Shown piece by piece: positions 1-15,000 of a stretch of DNA of 64,000 bases (the stretch's first letter is position 1; the number at the start of each line of letters is the position of its first letter). The position numbers were made by a program, and so were the translations under genes. The notes under the pieces were generated by a model, which saw only the letters and a program-made list of their open reading frames with translations, had not been told where the DNA came from and ran no database searches. This DNA is from Haplodiscus bocki (Eukaryota). Where the stretch lies: positions 28,396,001 through 28,460,000 of the forward strand of contig OZ296657.1 in the NCBI GenBank assembly GCA_965655095.1. The letters run 5' to 3'.

Positions 1-3000
1 CTGACGATTTGTAACTTTTGATGTCGTGTGCGAATTCGAATCAATTAAACACGACCGACATTGTTGTCAATGGGAACTGTTTTGTGCCTTGTGTCGATAA
101 ATTCTGTAGTTACAGACCTTGACGTGTTGTAACAGCATGGTCATCCAACAGTTCCTTGGGCTAGTCATTGACGTGTGTTCAGACTTCTCGAAATTTTCCC
201 GTTCTGCTTTGTGTTATGCGACCGGTGGTGTATGAAATTGAGCGTTTTTCTGGATAATTTTACCTCTCAGATTTCGCTTAACTTTAACCTCTCTATTATT
301 AATCAATGTAGATAAAAGCATAATTTATGCTTCTTTGACTCATCGCGTGAAATCTCACTGTGGTCCAACAGTTTCTAGCCACAAACTAGATTCAAAAGCG
401 AACAAACCACCCGTTGAGTTTTGGAAGAAGGAGAAGAAAGAAATTGACTTTTTAATAACGGTTTTATAACCATAATCTATGGTGATAGAAAATCTTACCG
501 AGGTGTCAGCTTGGGCGTAAAGTTAAGAAACGTTTACTGCTCCATGTCTTTGAAGCTGGATGTCGATTCTCAATATGGAAGGGGCCTATTGTTTTCTTGT
601 TGGCAGACACTGTTAGAGTGGGTACACTTCTCCATTTTTTAAAAATCTTCCTGTGCATTTTTATCCCCTATTGGTACATAATCCAATAAAATTCCAAGTT
701 GTTTACTAGCTTTCCGTTTATTCCCGTCAGCGGCTTCCAAGAGCGTAGTTTCGATGCCTCCCCCTTTATTTGCTACAAATCTGACTAGCGACATGACATT
801 ACAGTTGGATAAAAGTCTCAGTTCAGTAGATCTGGAGTTTTTCTTCTTGGGTCCATTGATGGTGAAAACTGCAGAGTTGGTCCTCTTGATAAGGCAGCTC
901 TTTCAGAGATTTAAACGACATTTTGTAATTCCTAAGGAGATTGAAGACTGTCATATCTGCTGAGGTCTGGACGCTATACAGCTCCGGGATTGGATGAAGT
1001 AGATGTTTCCGAGTACTTGAGTTGATATATATATAGAGTTTGCTTCAGAGAGTTATAGATCCCTGGCGGCTGACGATCTGTAATTGTTGACGTCATGTGC
1101 GAACTCGAATCACTTAAACACGACATTGTTGTCAATGGGAACTGTTTTGTGCCTTGTGTCGATAAATTCTGTAGTTACAGACCTTGACGTGTTGTAACAG
1201 CATGGTCATCCAACAGTTCCTTGGGCTAGTCATTGACGTGTGTTCAGACTTCTCGAAATTTTCCCGTTCTGCTCTGTGTAATGCGACCGGTGGTGTATGA
1301 AATTGAGCGTTTTTCTGGATAATTTTATCTCTCAGAGTTCGCTTAACTTTAACCTCTCTATTATTAATCAATGTAGATAAAAGCATATTTTATGCTTCTT
1401 TGACTCATCGCGTGACATTTCACTGTGGTCAACCAGTTTCTAGCCAGAAACTAGATTCAAAAGCGACCAGTCCATCCGTTGGTTTGTAGAAGAAGAAGGA
1501 GGAAAAGCTGACTTTTCAATAACAGTTTTATAACCCTAAGCTATGGTGTTAGAAATTCTTACCGAGGTGTCAGCTTGGGCGTAGAAACAAGAAACTTTAC
1601 TGCCTCATGTTTTTGAAGCTGGATATCGATTCTCAAATTGGAGGTGGTCTATTGTTTTCTTGTTGGCAGATACTGATAGAGTGGGTACACTTCTCCATTT
1701 TTTAAAATTCTTCTTGTGCAGTGTTATCTCCTATTGGTACATAGTCCACTACAAATCCAAGGCGTTTACTAGCATTCCATTTATTCCTGTCGACGGCTTC
1801 CAAGGGTGTAGTTTCGAGGCCTCCCCATTTATTTGCTCCAAATCCGACTAGCGACATGACATTTGGGTTGGATAAGAATCTCAGTTCAGTAAATCTGGTG
1901 TTTACCTTCTTGTGTCGATTGATGGTGGAAACTGCAGAGTTGGTCCTCGTGATAAGGCATCCCTTGTTGGATTTAAACGACATTTTGTCATTCCTACGGA
2001 GATTGAAGACTGTCATAACTGCTGAGGTCTGGACGCCATACAGCTCCGGGATTGGATGTAGTAGATGTTTCCGAGTACTTGAATTGATATTTAAATAGAG
2101 TTTGCCTCAGTGAGTTATAGATCCCTGGCGGCTGACGATCTGTAATTGTTGACGTCATGTGCGAACTCGAATCACTTAAACACGACATTGTTGTCAATGG
2201 GAACTGTTTTGTGCCTTGTGTCGATAAATTCTGTAGTTACAGACCTTGACGTGTTGTAACAGCATGGTCATCCAACAGTTCCTTGGGCTAGTCATTGACG
2301 TGTGTTCAGACTTCTCGAAATTTTCCCGTTCTGCTCTGTGTAATGCGACCGGTGGTGTATGAAATTGAGCGTTTTTCTGGATAATTTTATCTCTCAGATT
2401 TCGTTTAACTTTAACCTCTCTATTATTAATCAATGTAGATAAAAGCATAATTTATGCTTCTTTGACTCATCGCGTGACATCTCACTGTGGTCCAACAGTT
2501 TCTAGCCACAAACTAGATTCAAAAGCGAACAAACCATCCGTTGAGTTTTGGAAGAAGGAGAAGAAAGAAATTGACTTTTTAATAACCGTTTTATAACCAT
2601 AATCTATGGTGATAGAAAATCTTACCGAGGTGTCAGCTTGGGCGTAAAATTAACAAACGTTTACTGCTCCATGTCTTTGAAGCTGGATGTCGATTCTCAA
2701 TATGGAAGGGGCCTATTGTTTTCTTGTTGGCAGACACTGTTAGAGTGGGTACACTTCTCCTTTTTTTAAAAATCTTCTTGTGCATTGTTATCCCCTATTG
2801 GTACATAATCCAGTAAAAATCCAGGTTGTTTACTAGCTTTCCGTTTATTCCCGTCAGCGGCTTCCAAGAGTGTAGTTTCGATGCCTCCCCCTTTATTTGC
2901 TACAAATCCGACTAGCGACATGACATTACAGTTGGATAAAAATCTCAGTTCCTTAAATCTGGAGTTTACCTTCTTGGGTCCATTGATGGTGAAAACTGCA

Positions 3001-6000
3001 GAGTTGGTCGTCTTGATAAGGCAGCTCTTTCAGAGATTCAAATGACATTTTGTAATTCCTAAGGAGATTGAAGACTGTCATATCTGCTGAGGTCTGGACG
3101 CGATACAGCTCCGGGATTGGATGAAGTAGATGTTTCCGAGTACTTGAATTGATATGTATATAGAGTTTGCCTCAGTGAGTTATAGATCCCTGGCGGCTGA
3201 CGATCTGTAATTGTTGACGTCATGTGCGAACTCGAATCACTTAAACACGACATTGTTGTCAATGGGAACTGTTTTGTGCCTTGTGTCGATAAATTCTGTA
3301 GTTACAGACCTTGACGTGTTGTAACAGCATGGTCATCCAACAGTTCCTTGGGCTAGTCATTGACGTGTGTTCAGACTTCTCGGAATTTTCCCGTTCTGTT
3401 TTGTGTATTGCGACTGCTGGTGGTGTATGAAACTGAGCGTTTTTCTCGATAATTTTATCTCTCAGAGTTCGCTTAACTTTAACCTCTCTATTATTAATCA
3501 TTGTAGATAAAAGCATAATTTATGCTTCTTTGACTCATCGCGTGACATCTCACTGTGGTCCACCAGTTTCTAGCCAGAAACTAGATTCAAAAGCGAGCAG
3601 TCCATCCGTTGGTTTGTAGAAGAAGGAGGAGGAAAAGCTGACTTTTCAATAACAGTTTTATAACCCTAATCTATGGTGTTAGAAATTCTTACCGAGGTGT
3701 CAGTTTGGGCGTAAAAACAAGAAAATTTACTGCCTCATGTCTTTGAGCCTGGATATCGATTCTCAATATGGAGGCGGCCTATTGTTTTCTTGTTGGCAGA
3801 TACTGATAGAGTGGGTACACTTCTCCTTTTTTTAAAATTCTTCTTGTGCAATGTTATATCCTATTGGTACCTAGTCCACTACAAATCCAAGGCGTTTACT
3901 AGCATTCCATTTATTCCCGTCAACGGCTTCCAAGAGTGCAGTTTCGATGCCTTCCCATTTATTTGCTACAAATCCGACTAGCGACATGACATTACAGTTG
4001 GATAAAAATCTCAGTTCAGTAAATCTGGAGTTTATCTTCTTGGGTCCATTGATGGTGAAAACTGCAGAGTTGGTCCTCTTGATAAGGCAGCTCTTTCAGA
4101 GATTCAAACGACATTTTGTAATTCCTAAGGAGATTGAAGACTGTCATATCTGCTGAGGTCTGGACGCGATACAGCTCCGGGATTGGATGAAGTAGATGTT
4201 TCCGAGTATTTGAATTGATATGTATATAGAGTTTGCCTCAGTGAGTTAGGGATCCCTGGCGGCTGACGATCTGTAATTGTTGACGTCATGTGCGAATTCG
4301 AATCACTTAAACACGACATTGTTGTCAATGGGAACTGTTTTGTGCCTTGTGTCGATAAATTCTGTAGTTACAGACCTTGACGTGTTGTAACAGCATGGTC
4401 ATCCAACAGTTCCTTGGGCTAGTCATTGACGTGTGTTCAGACTTCTCGGAATTTTCCCGTTCTGTTTTTTGTATTGCGACTGCTGGTGGTGTATGAAATT
4501 GAGCATTTTTCTCGATAATTTTATCTCTCAGAGTTCGCTTAACTTTAACCTCTCTATTATTAATCATTGTAGATAAAAGCATAATTTATGCTTCTTTGAC
4601 TCATCGCGTGACATCTCACTGTGGTCCACCAGTTTCTAGCCAGAAACTAGATTCAAAAGCGAGCAGTCCATCCGTTGGTTTGTAGAAGAAGGAGGAGGAA
4701 AAGCTGACTTTTCAATAACAGTTTTATAACCCTAATCTATGGTGTTAGAAATTCTTACCGAGGTGTCAGCTTGGGCGTAAAAACAAGAAAATTTACTGCC
4801 TCATGTCTTTGAGCCTGGATATCGATTCTCAATATGGAGGCGGCCTATTGTTTTCTTGTTGGCAGATACTGATAGAGTGGGTACACTTCTCCTTTTTTTA
4901 AAATTCTTCTTGTGCAGTGTTATATCCTATTGGTACATAGTCCACTACAAATCCAAGGCGTTTACTAGCATTCCATTTATTCCTGTCAACGGCTTCCCTG
5001 AGTGCAGTTTCGATGCCTCCCCATTTATTTGCTACAAATCCGACTAGCGACATGACGTTACAGTTGGATAAAAATCTCAGTTCAGTAAATCTGGAGTTTA
5101 TCTTCTTGCGTCCATTGATGGTGAAAACTGCAGAGTTGGTCTTCGTGATAAGGCTTCTCTTGTGAGAATGAAACGAAACTTTGTAATTCTTACGGAGGTT
5201 GAAGACTGTTATATCTGCTGAGGTCTGGACATCATACAGCTCCGGGATTGGATGAAGTAGATGTTTCCGGGTACTTGAATTGATTTGTATATAGATTTTG
5301 CCTCAGTGAGTTGTAGATCCCTGGCGGCTGACGATTTGTAACTTTTGATGTCGTGTGCGAATTCGAATCACTTAAACACGACCGACATTGTTGTCATCGG
5401 CAAATGTTTCGTGCCTTGCGTCGATAAATTTTGTAGTTACAGACCTTGATGTTGTTGTAACAGCATGGTCATCCAACAGTTCCTTGGGCTAGTCATTGAC
5501 GTGTGTTCAGACTTCTCGAAATTTTCCTGTTCTGCTTTGTGTAATGCGACCGGTGGTGTATGAAATTGAGCGTTTTTCTGGATAATTTTATCTCTCAGAT
5601 TTCGCTTAACTTTAACCTCTCTATTTTTAATCAATGTAGATAAAAGCATAATTTATGCTTCTTTGACTCATCGCGTGACATCTCACTGTGGTCCAACAGT
5701 TTCTAGCCACAAACTAGATTCAAAAGCGAACAAACCATCCGTTGAGTTTTGGAAGAAGGAGAAGAAAGAAATTGACTTTTTAATAACGGTTTTATAACCA
5801 TAATCTATGGTGATAGAAACTCTTACCGAGGTGTCAGCTTGGGCGTAAAATTAACAAACGTTTACTGCTCCATGTCTTTGAAGCTGGATGTCGATTCTCA
5901 ATATGGAAGGGGCCTTTTGTTTTCTTGTTGGCAGACACTGTTAGAGTGGGTACACTTCTCCTTTTTTTAAAAAACTTCTTGTGCATTGTTATCGCCTATT

Positions 6001-9000
6001 GGTACATAATCCAGTAAAAATCCAGGTTGTTTACTAGCTTTCCGTTTATTCCCGTCAGCGGCTTCCAAGAGCGTAGTTTCGATGCCTCCCCATTTATTTG
6101 CTCCAAGTCCGGCTGGCGACATGACTTTAGAGTTGGAAAAGTATCTCAGTTCAGTAAAACTGGAGTTTATCATTTTGGGTCCATTGATGGTGAAAACTGC
6201 AGAGTTGGTCCCCGTGATAAAGCATCCTTGTGAGAGTCAAACGACATTTTGTAATTCGTACGGAGATTGAAGACTGTTATATCTGCTGAGGTCTGGACGC
6301 CATACAGCTCCGGGATTGGATGAAGTAGATGTTTCCGTGTACTTGAATTGATGTGTATGTAGAGTTCACCTCAGTGAGTTGTAGATCCCTGGTGGTTGAC
6401 GATCTGTAACTTTTGATGTCGCGTGCGAATTCGAATCACTTAAATGCGACATTGTTGTCATGGGCAACTGTTTCGTGCCTTGCGTCGATAATTTCTGTAG
6501 TTACAGACCTTGACGTGCTGTAACAGCAAGGTCATCCAACAGTTCCTTGGGCTAGTCATTGACGTGTGTTCAGTGTTGTCGAAACTTTCCCGTTCTGCTT
6601 TATGTAATGCAACCGGTGGTGTATGAAATTGAGCTTTACTCTGGATAATTTTATCTGTCAGAATTTGCTTAACTTTAACCTCTCTATTTATAATCATTGT
6701 AGTTAAAAGCATAACTTATGCTTCTTTAACTCATCGCGTGACATCTCACTGTAGTCCAACAGTTTCTAGCCAGAAACTGGATTCAAACGCGAGCAGTCCA
6801 TCCGTTGGTTTGTGGAAGAAGGAGAAGGAAAAAACTGACTTTTCAATAACAGATATACAACCATAATCTATGGTGATAGAAAATCTTACCGAGGTGTCAG
6901 CTTGGGCGTAAAAACAAAAAACTTTTACTGCCTCATGTCTTTGAAGCTGGATATCGATTCTCGATATGGAGGCGGCCTTTTGATTTCTTGTTGGCAGACA
7001 CTGATAGATTGGGTACACTTCTCCGGTTTTTAAAATTCTTCATGCGCAGTGTTATCCCAATTTGGTACTTAGTCCACTATAAATCCAAGGCGTTTACTAG
7101 CTTTCCGTTTATTTTGTCAACGGCTTCCAAGAGGGTAGTTTCGATGCCTCCCCATTTATTTGCTCCAAGTCCGACTAGCGACATGACTTTAGAGTTCGAA
7201 AAGGATCTCGGTTCAGTAAAACTGGAGTTTATCATTTTGGGTCCATTGATGGTGAAAACTGCAGAGTTGGCCCTCTTGATAAAGCAGCTCTTTCTGAGAT
7301 TCAAACGACATTTTGTACTTCGTGCGGAGGTTGAAGACTGTAATATCTGCTGAGGTCTGGACGCCATACAGCTCCGGGATTGGATGAAGTAGATGTTTCC
7401 GTGTACTTGAATTGATATGTATATAGAGTTTGCCTCAGTGAGTTGTAGATCCCTGGTGGTTGACGATCTGTAACTTTTGTTGTCATGTGCGAATTCGAAT
7501 CACTTAAAAACGACATTGTTGTCAATGGGAACTAATTTGTGCCTTGTGTCGATAAATTCTGTAGTTACAGACCTTGACGTGTTGTAACAGCATTGTCATC
7601 CAACAGATCCTTGGGCTATTCATTGACGTGTGTTCAGACTTCTCGGAATTTTCCCGTTCTGCTTTGTGTAATGCGACTGGTGGTGTATGAAATTGAGCGT
7701 TACTCTGTATAGTTTTATCTGTCAGAATTCGCTTGACTTTAACCTCTCAATTATTAATCGTTCTAGTTAAAAGCATAATTCATGCTTCTTTGACTCATCG
7801 CCTGACATCTCACTGTGGTCCATCAGTTTCTAGCCAGCAACCAGATTCAAGGGCGAGCAGTCCATCTTTTGGTTTGTGGAAGAAAGAGAAAAAAACTGAC
7901 TTTTTTTCAACAGATAAATAACCATAATCTATGGTGATAGAAATTTTTACCGAGGTGTCAGCTTGGGCGTAAAAACAAGAATTTTTTACTGCCTCATGTC
8001 TTTGAAGCTAGATATCGATTCTCAATATGGAGGCGGCCTATTGTTTTCTTGTTGGCAGACACTGATATTGTGAGTACACTTCTCCATTTTTTAAAATTCT
8101 TCTTGTGCAGTGTTATCACCTGTTGGTACAAAGTCCAGTAGCAATCCAATGCGTTTACTAGCTTTCCGTTTATCCTGTCAACGGCTTCCAATAGTGTAGT
8201 TTCGATGCCTCCCCATTTTTTTGCTCCAAGTCCGGCTAGCAACATGACTTAGGAGTTGGAAAAGGATCTCAGTTAAGTAAAACTGGAGTTTCTCATTTTG
8301 GGTCCATTGATGGTGAAAACTGCAGAGTTGGTCCTCGTGATAAAGCATTCTTGTGAGATTCAAACGACATTTTGTATTTCGTACGGAGATTGAAGACTGT
8401 TATATCTGCTGAGGTCTGGACGCCATACAGCTCTGGGATTGGACGAAGTAGATGTTTCCGTGTACTTGAATTGTTGTGTATATAGAGTTTGCCTCAGTGA
8501 GTTGTAGATACCTGGTGGTTGACGATCTGTAACTTTTGATGTCGCGTGCGAATTCGAATCACCTAAACTTGACATTGTTGTCATGGGCAACTGTATCGTG
8601 CCTCGTGTCGATAATTTCTGTAGTTACAGACCTTGACGTGCTGTAACAGCAAGGTCATCCAACAGTTCCCTGGGCTAGTCCTTGACGTGTGTTCAGTTTT
8701 GTCGAAACTTTCCGGTTCTGCTTTATGCAATGCGACCGGTGGTGTATGAAATTGAGCGTTACTCTGGATAAATTTATCTGTCAGAACTCGCTTAACTTTA
8801 ACCTCTCTATTATTAATCATTGTAGTTAAAAGCATAATTTATGCTTCTTTGACTCATCGCGTGACATCTCACTGTAGTCCAACAGTTTCTAGCCAGAAAC
8901 TGGATTCAAACGCGAGCAATCCATCCGTTGGTTTGTGGAAGAAGGAGAAGGAAAAAACTGACTTTTCAATAACAGATATATAACCATAATCTATGGTGAC

Positions 9001-12000
9001 AGAAATTCTTACCGATGTGTCAGCTTGGGCGTAAAAACAAAAAACTTTTACTGCCTCATGTCTTTGAAGCTGGATATCGATTCTCAATATGGAGGCGGCC
9101 TATTGATTTCTTGTTGGCAGACACTGATAGATTGGGTACACTTCTCCGGTTTTTAAAATTCTTCATGCGCAGTGTTATCCCAAATTGGTACTTAGTCCAC
9201 TATAAATCCAAGGCGTTTACTAGCTTTCCGTTTATTTTGTCAACGGCTTCCAAGAGGGTAGCTTCGATGCCTCCCCATTTTTTTGCTCCAAGTCCGACTA
9301 GCGACATGACTTTAGAGTTCGAAAAGGATCTCGGTTCAGTAAAACTGGAGTTTATCATTTTGGGTCCATTGATGGTGAAAACTGCAGAGTTGGTCCTCGT
9401 GATAAAGCGTCTCTTGTGAGATTCAAACGACATTTTGTATTTCGTACGGAGATTGAAGACTGTTATATCTGCTGAGGTCTGGACGCCATACAGCTCCGGG
9501 ATTGGATGAAGTAGATGTTTCCGTGTACTTGAATTGATATGTATATAGAGTTTGCCTCAGTGAGTTGTAGATCCCTGGTGGTTGACGATCTGTAACTTTT
9601 GATGTCATGTGTGAATTCGAATCACTTAAACACGACATTGTTGTCAATGGGAACTGTTTTGTGCCTCGTGTCGATAATTTCTGTAGTTACAGACCTTGAC
9701 GTGCTGTAACAGCAAGGTCATCCAACAGTTCCTTGGGCTAGTCCTTGACGTGTGTTCAGTTTTGTCGAAACTTTCCCGTTCTGCTTTATGCAATGCGACC
9801 GGTGGTGTATGAAATTGAGCGTTACTCTGGATAAATTTATCTGTCAGAAATCGCTTAACTTTAACCTCTCTATTATTAATCATTGTAGTTAAAAGCATAA
9901 TTTATGCTTCTTTGACTCATCGCGTGACATCTCACTGTAGTCCAACAGTTTCTAACCAGAAACTGGATTCAAACGCGAGCAGTCCATCCGTTGGTTTGTG
10001 GAAGAAGGAGAAGGAAAAAACTGACTTTTCAATAACAGATATATAACCATAATCTATGGTGATAGAAATTCTTACCGATGTGTCAGCTTGGGCGTAAAAA
10101 CAAAAAACTTTTACTGCCTCATGTCTTTGAAGCTGGATATCGATTCTCAATATGGAGGCGGCCTATTGATTTCTTGTTGGCAGACACTGATAGATTGGGT
10201 ACACTTCTCCGGTTTTTAAAATTCTTCATGCGCAGTGTTATCCCAAATTGGTACTTAGTCCACTATAAATCCAAGGCGTTTACTAGCTTTCCGTTTATTT
10301 TGTCAACGGCTTCCAAGAGGGTAGCTTCGATGCCTCCCCATTTTTTTGCTCCAAGTCCGACTAGCGACATGACTTTAGAGTTCGAAAAGGATCTCGGTTC
10401 AGTAAAACTGGAGTTTATCATTTTGGGTCCACTGATGGTGAAAACTGCAGAGTTGGTCCTCTTGATAAGGCAGCTCTTTCAGAGATTTAAACGACATTTT
10501 GTAATTCCTAAGGAGATTGAAGACTGTCATATCTGCTGAGGTCTGGACGCCATACAGCTCCGGGATTGGATGAAGTAGATGTTTCCGTGTACTTGAATTG
10601 ATATGTATATAGAGTTTGCCTCAGTGAGTTGTAGATCCCTGGTGGTTGAAGATCTGTAACTTTTGATGTCATGTGTGAATTCGAATCACTTAAACACGAC
10701 ATTGTTGTCAATGGGAACTGTTTTGTGCCTTGTGTTGATAAATTCTGTAGTTACAGACCTTGACGTGTTGTAACAGCATTGTCATCCAACAGATCCTTGG
10801 GCTTGTCATTGACGTGTGTTCAGTCTTCTCGGAATTTTCCCGTTCTGCTTTGTGCAATGCGACTGGTGGTGTATGAAATTGAGCGTTACTCTGGATAATA
10901 TTATCTGTCAGAATTCGCTTAACTTTAACCTCTCAATTATTACTTGTTCTAGTTAAAAGCATAATTTATGCTTCTTTGACTCATCGCCTGACATCTCACT
11001 GTGGTCCATCAGTTTCTAGCCAGCAACCAGATTCAAAAACGAGCAGTCCATCCTTTGGTTTGTGGAAGAAGGAGAAAAAAACTGAATTTTTTCAACAGTT
11101 ATATAACCATAATCTATGGTGATAGAAATTTTTACCGAGGTGTCAGCTTGGGCGTAAAAACAAGAAACTTTTACTGCCTCATGTCTTTGAAGCTAGATAT
11201 CGATTCTCAATATGGAGGCGGCCTATTGCTTTCTTGTTGGCAGACACTGATAGAGTGAGTACACTTCTCCATTTTTTAAAATTCTTCATGCGCAGTGTTA
11301 TCCCAAATTGGTACTTAGTCCACTATAAATCCAAGGCGTTTACTAGCTTTCCGTTTATTTTGTCAACGGCTTCCAAGAGGGTAGTTTCGATGCCTCCCCA
11401 TTTATTTGCTCCAAGTCCGACTAGCGACATGACTTTAGAGTTCGAAAAGGATCTCGGTTCATTAAAACTGGAGTTTATCGTTTTGGGTCCATTGATGGTG
11501 AAAACTGCAGAGTTGGTCCTCGTGATAAGGCATCTCTTGTTGGATTTAAACGACATTTTGTAATTCCTACGGAAATTGAAGACTGTCATATCTGCTGAGG
11601 TCTGGACGCCATACAACTCCGGGATTGGATGAAGTAGATGTTTCCGTGTACTTGAATTGATGTGTATATAGAGTTTGCATCAGTGAGTTGTAGATCCCTG
11701 GTGGTTGACGATCTGTAACTTTTGATGTCGCGTGCGAATTCGAATCACTTAAACGCGACCTTGTTGTCATGGGCAACTGTTTCGTGCCTCGTGTCGATAA
11801 TTTCTGTAGTTACAGACCTTGATGTGCTGTAACAGCAAGGTCATCTAACAGTTCCTTGGGCTAGCCATTGACGTGTGTTCAGTTTTGTCGAAACTTTCCC
11901 GTTCTGTTTTATGTAATGCGACCGGTGGTGTATGAAATTGAGCGTTACTCTGGATATTTTTATCTGTCAGAATTTGCTTAACTTTAACCTCTCTATTTTT

Positions 12001-15000
12001 ATTCATTGTAGTTAAAAGCATAATTTATGCTTCTTTGACTCATCGCGTGACATCTCACTGTAGTCCAACATTTTTTAGCCAGAAACTGGATTCAAACGCA
12101 AGCAGTCCATCCGTTGGTTTGTGGAAGAAGGAGAAGGAAATACTGACTTTTCAATAACAGATATACAATCATAATCTATGGTGATAGAAATTTTATCGAG
12201 GTGTCAGCTTGGGCGTAAAAACAAAAAACTTTTACCGCCTCATGTCTTTGAAGCTGGATATCGATTCTCAATATGGAGGCGGCCTATTGATTTCTTGTTG
12301 GCAGACACTGATAGATTGGGTACACTTCTCCGTTTTTTAAAAATCTTCATGCGCAGTGTTATCCCAAATTGGTACTTAGTCCACTATAAATCCAAGGCGT
12401 TTACTAGCTTTCCGTTTATTTTGTCAACGGCTTCCAAGAGGATAGTTTCGATGCCTCCCTATTTATTTGCTCCAAGTCCGACTAGCGCTATGACTTTAGA
12501 GTTCGAAAAGTATCTCGGTTCAGTAAAACTGGAGTTTATCATTTTGGGTCCATTGATGGTGAAAACTGCAGAGTTGGTCCTCGTGATAAAGCATCTCTTG
12601 TGAGATTCAAACGACATTTTGTATTTCGTACGGAGATTGAAGACTGTTATATCTGCTGAGGTCTGGACGCCATACAGCTCCGGGATTGGACGAAGTAGAT
12701 GTTTCCGTGTACTTGAATTGTTGTGTATATAGAGTTTGCCTCAGTGAGTTGTAGATCCCTGGTGGTTGAAGATCTGAATTTTTTGATGTCGTATGCGAAT
12801 TTGAATCACTTGAACACGACATTGTTGTCATGGGCAACTGTTTTGTGCCTTGTGTCGATAAATTCTGTAGTTACAGACCTTGACGTGTTGTAACAGCATT
12901 GTCATCCAACTGTTCCTTGGGCTGGTCATTGACGTGTGTTCAGACTTGTCGAAACTTTCCCGTTGTGCTTAATGTAATACGACCGGTCGTGTATGAAATT
13001 GAGCGTTACTCTGTATAATTTTATCTGTCAGAATTCGCTTAACTTTAACCTCTCAGTTAATAATCGTTCTAGTTAAAAGCATAATTTATGCTTCTTTGAA
13101 TCATCGCCTGACATCTCACTGTGGTCCATCAGTTTCTAGCCAGCAACCAGATTCAAAAACGAGCGGTCCATCCTTTGGTTTGTGGAAGAAGGAGAAAAAA
13201 ACTGAATTTTTTCAACAGTTATATAACCATAATCTATGGTGATAGAAATTTTTACCGAGGTGTCAGGTTGGGCGTAAAAACAAGAAACTTTTACTGCCTC
13301 ATGTCTTTGAAGCTAGATATCGATTCTCAATATGTAGGCGGCCTATTGTTTTCTTGTTGGCAGACACTGATAGAGTGAGTACACTTCTCCATTTTTTAAA
13401 ATACTTCATGTGCAGTGTTATCCCAAATTGGTACTTAGTCCACTATAAATCCAAGGCGTTTACTAGCTTTCCGTATTTTCCTGTCAACAGCTTCCAAGAT
13501 GGTAGTTTTGATGCCTCCCCATTTATTTGCTCCAAGTCCGACTAGCGACATGACATTAGAGTTGGACAAGAATCTCAGTTCAGTAAATCTGGAGTTTATC
13601 TTCTTGGATCGATTGATGGTGAAAACTGCATAGTTGGTCCTCGTGATAATGCATCTCTTGTGAGATTCAAAGGACATTTTGTAATTCGTACGGAGATTGA
13701 AGACTGTTATCTCTGCTGAGGTCTGGACGCCATACAGCTCCGGGATTGGACGAAGTAGATGTTTCCGGGTACTTGAATTGTTATGTATATAGAGTTTGCC
13801 TCAGTGAGTTGTAGATCCCTGGCGGCTGACGATTTGTAATTTGTGATGTCGTATGCGAATTTGAATCACTTGAACACGACATTGTTGTCATGGGCAACTG
13901 TTTCGAGCCTTGTGTCGATAAATTCTGTAGTTACAGACCTTGACGTGTTGTAACAGCATGGCCATCCAACTGTTCTTTTGGCTAGTCATTGACGTGTGCT
14001 CAGATTTGTCAAAACTTTCCCGTTCTGTTTTATCTAATGCGACCGGTGTTGTAAGAAATTGAGCGTTACTCTCGATAAATTTATCTGTCAGAATTCGCTT
14101 AACTTTAACCTCGCTATTATTAATCATTGTAGTTAAAAGCATAATTTATGCTTCTTTGACTCATCGCGTGACATCTCACTGTCGTCCGCCGGTTTCCAGC
14201 GAAAAACTAGATTGAAAGGCAACCAGTCCATCCGTTAGTTTGTGGAAGAAGGAGAAGAAAAAAACTGACCTTTTGTTAACAGTTATGTAACCATAATCTA
14301 AGGTGATAGATTTTCTTACCTAGGTGTCAGCTTGGGCGTAAAAACAAAAAATTCTACTGCCTGATGTCTTTGAAGCTGGATATCAATTCTCAATATGGAG
14401 GCGGCCTATTGTTTTCTTGTTGGCAGACACTGATAGAGTGGGTACACTTCTCCATTTTTTAAAAATCTTCATGTGCAGTGTTATCCCAAATTACAACTTA
14501 GTCCACTATAAATCCAAGGCGTTTACTAGCTTTCCGTATTTTCCTGTCAACAGCTTCCAAGAGGGTAGTTTCGATGCCTCCTCATTTATTTGCTCCAAGT
14601 CCGACTAGCGACATGACATTAGAGTTGGACAAGAATCTCAGTTCAGTAAATCTGGAGTTTATCTTCTTGGATCGATTGATGGTGAAAACTGCATAGTTGG
14701 TCCTCGTGATAATGCATCTCTTGTGAGATACAAAGGACATTTTGTAATTCGTATGGAGATTGAAGACTGTTATCTCTGCTGAGGTCTGGACGCCATACAG
14801 CTCCGGGACTGGACGAAGTAGATGTTTCCGGGTACTTGAATTGTTATGTATATAGAGTTTGCCTCAGTGAGTTGTAGATCCCTGGCGGCTGACGATTTGT
14901 AATTTGTGATGTCGTATGCGAATTTGAATCACTTGAACACGACATTGTTGTCATGGGCAACTGTTTCGAGCCTAGTGTCGATAAATTCTGTAGTTACAGA

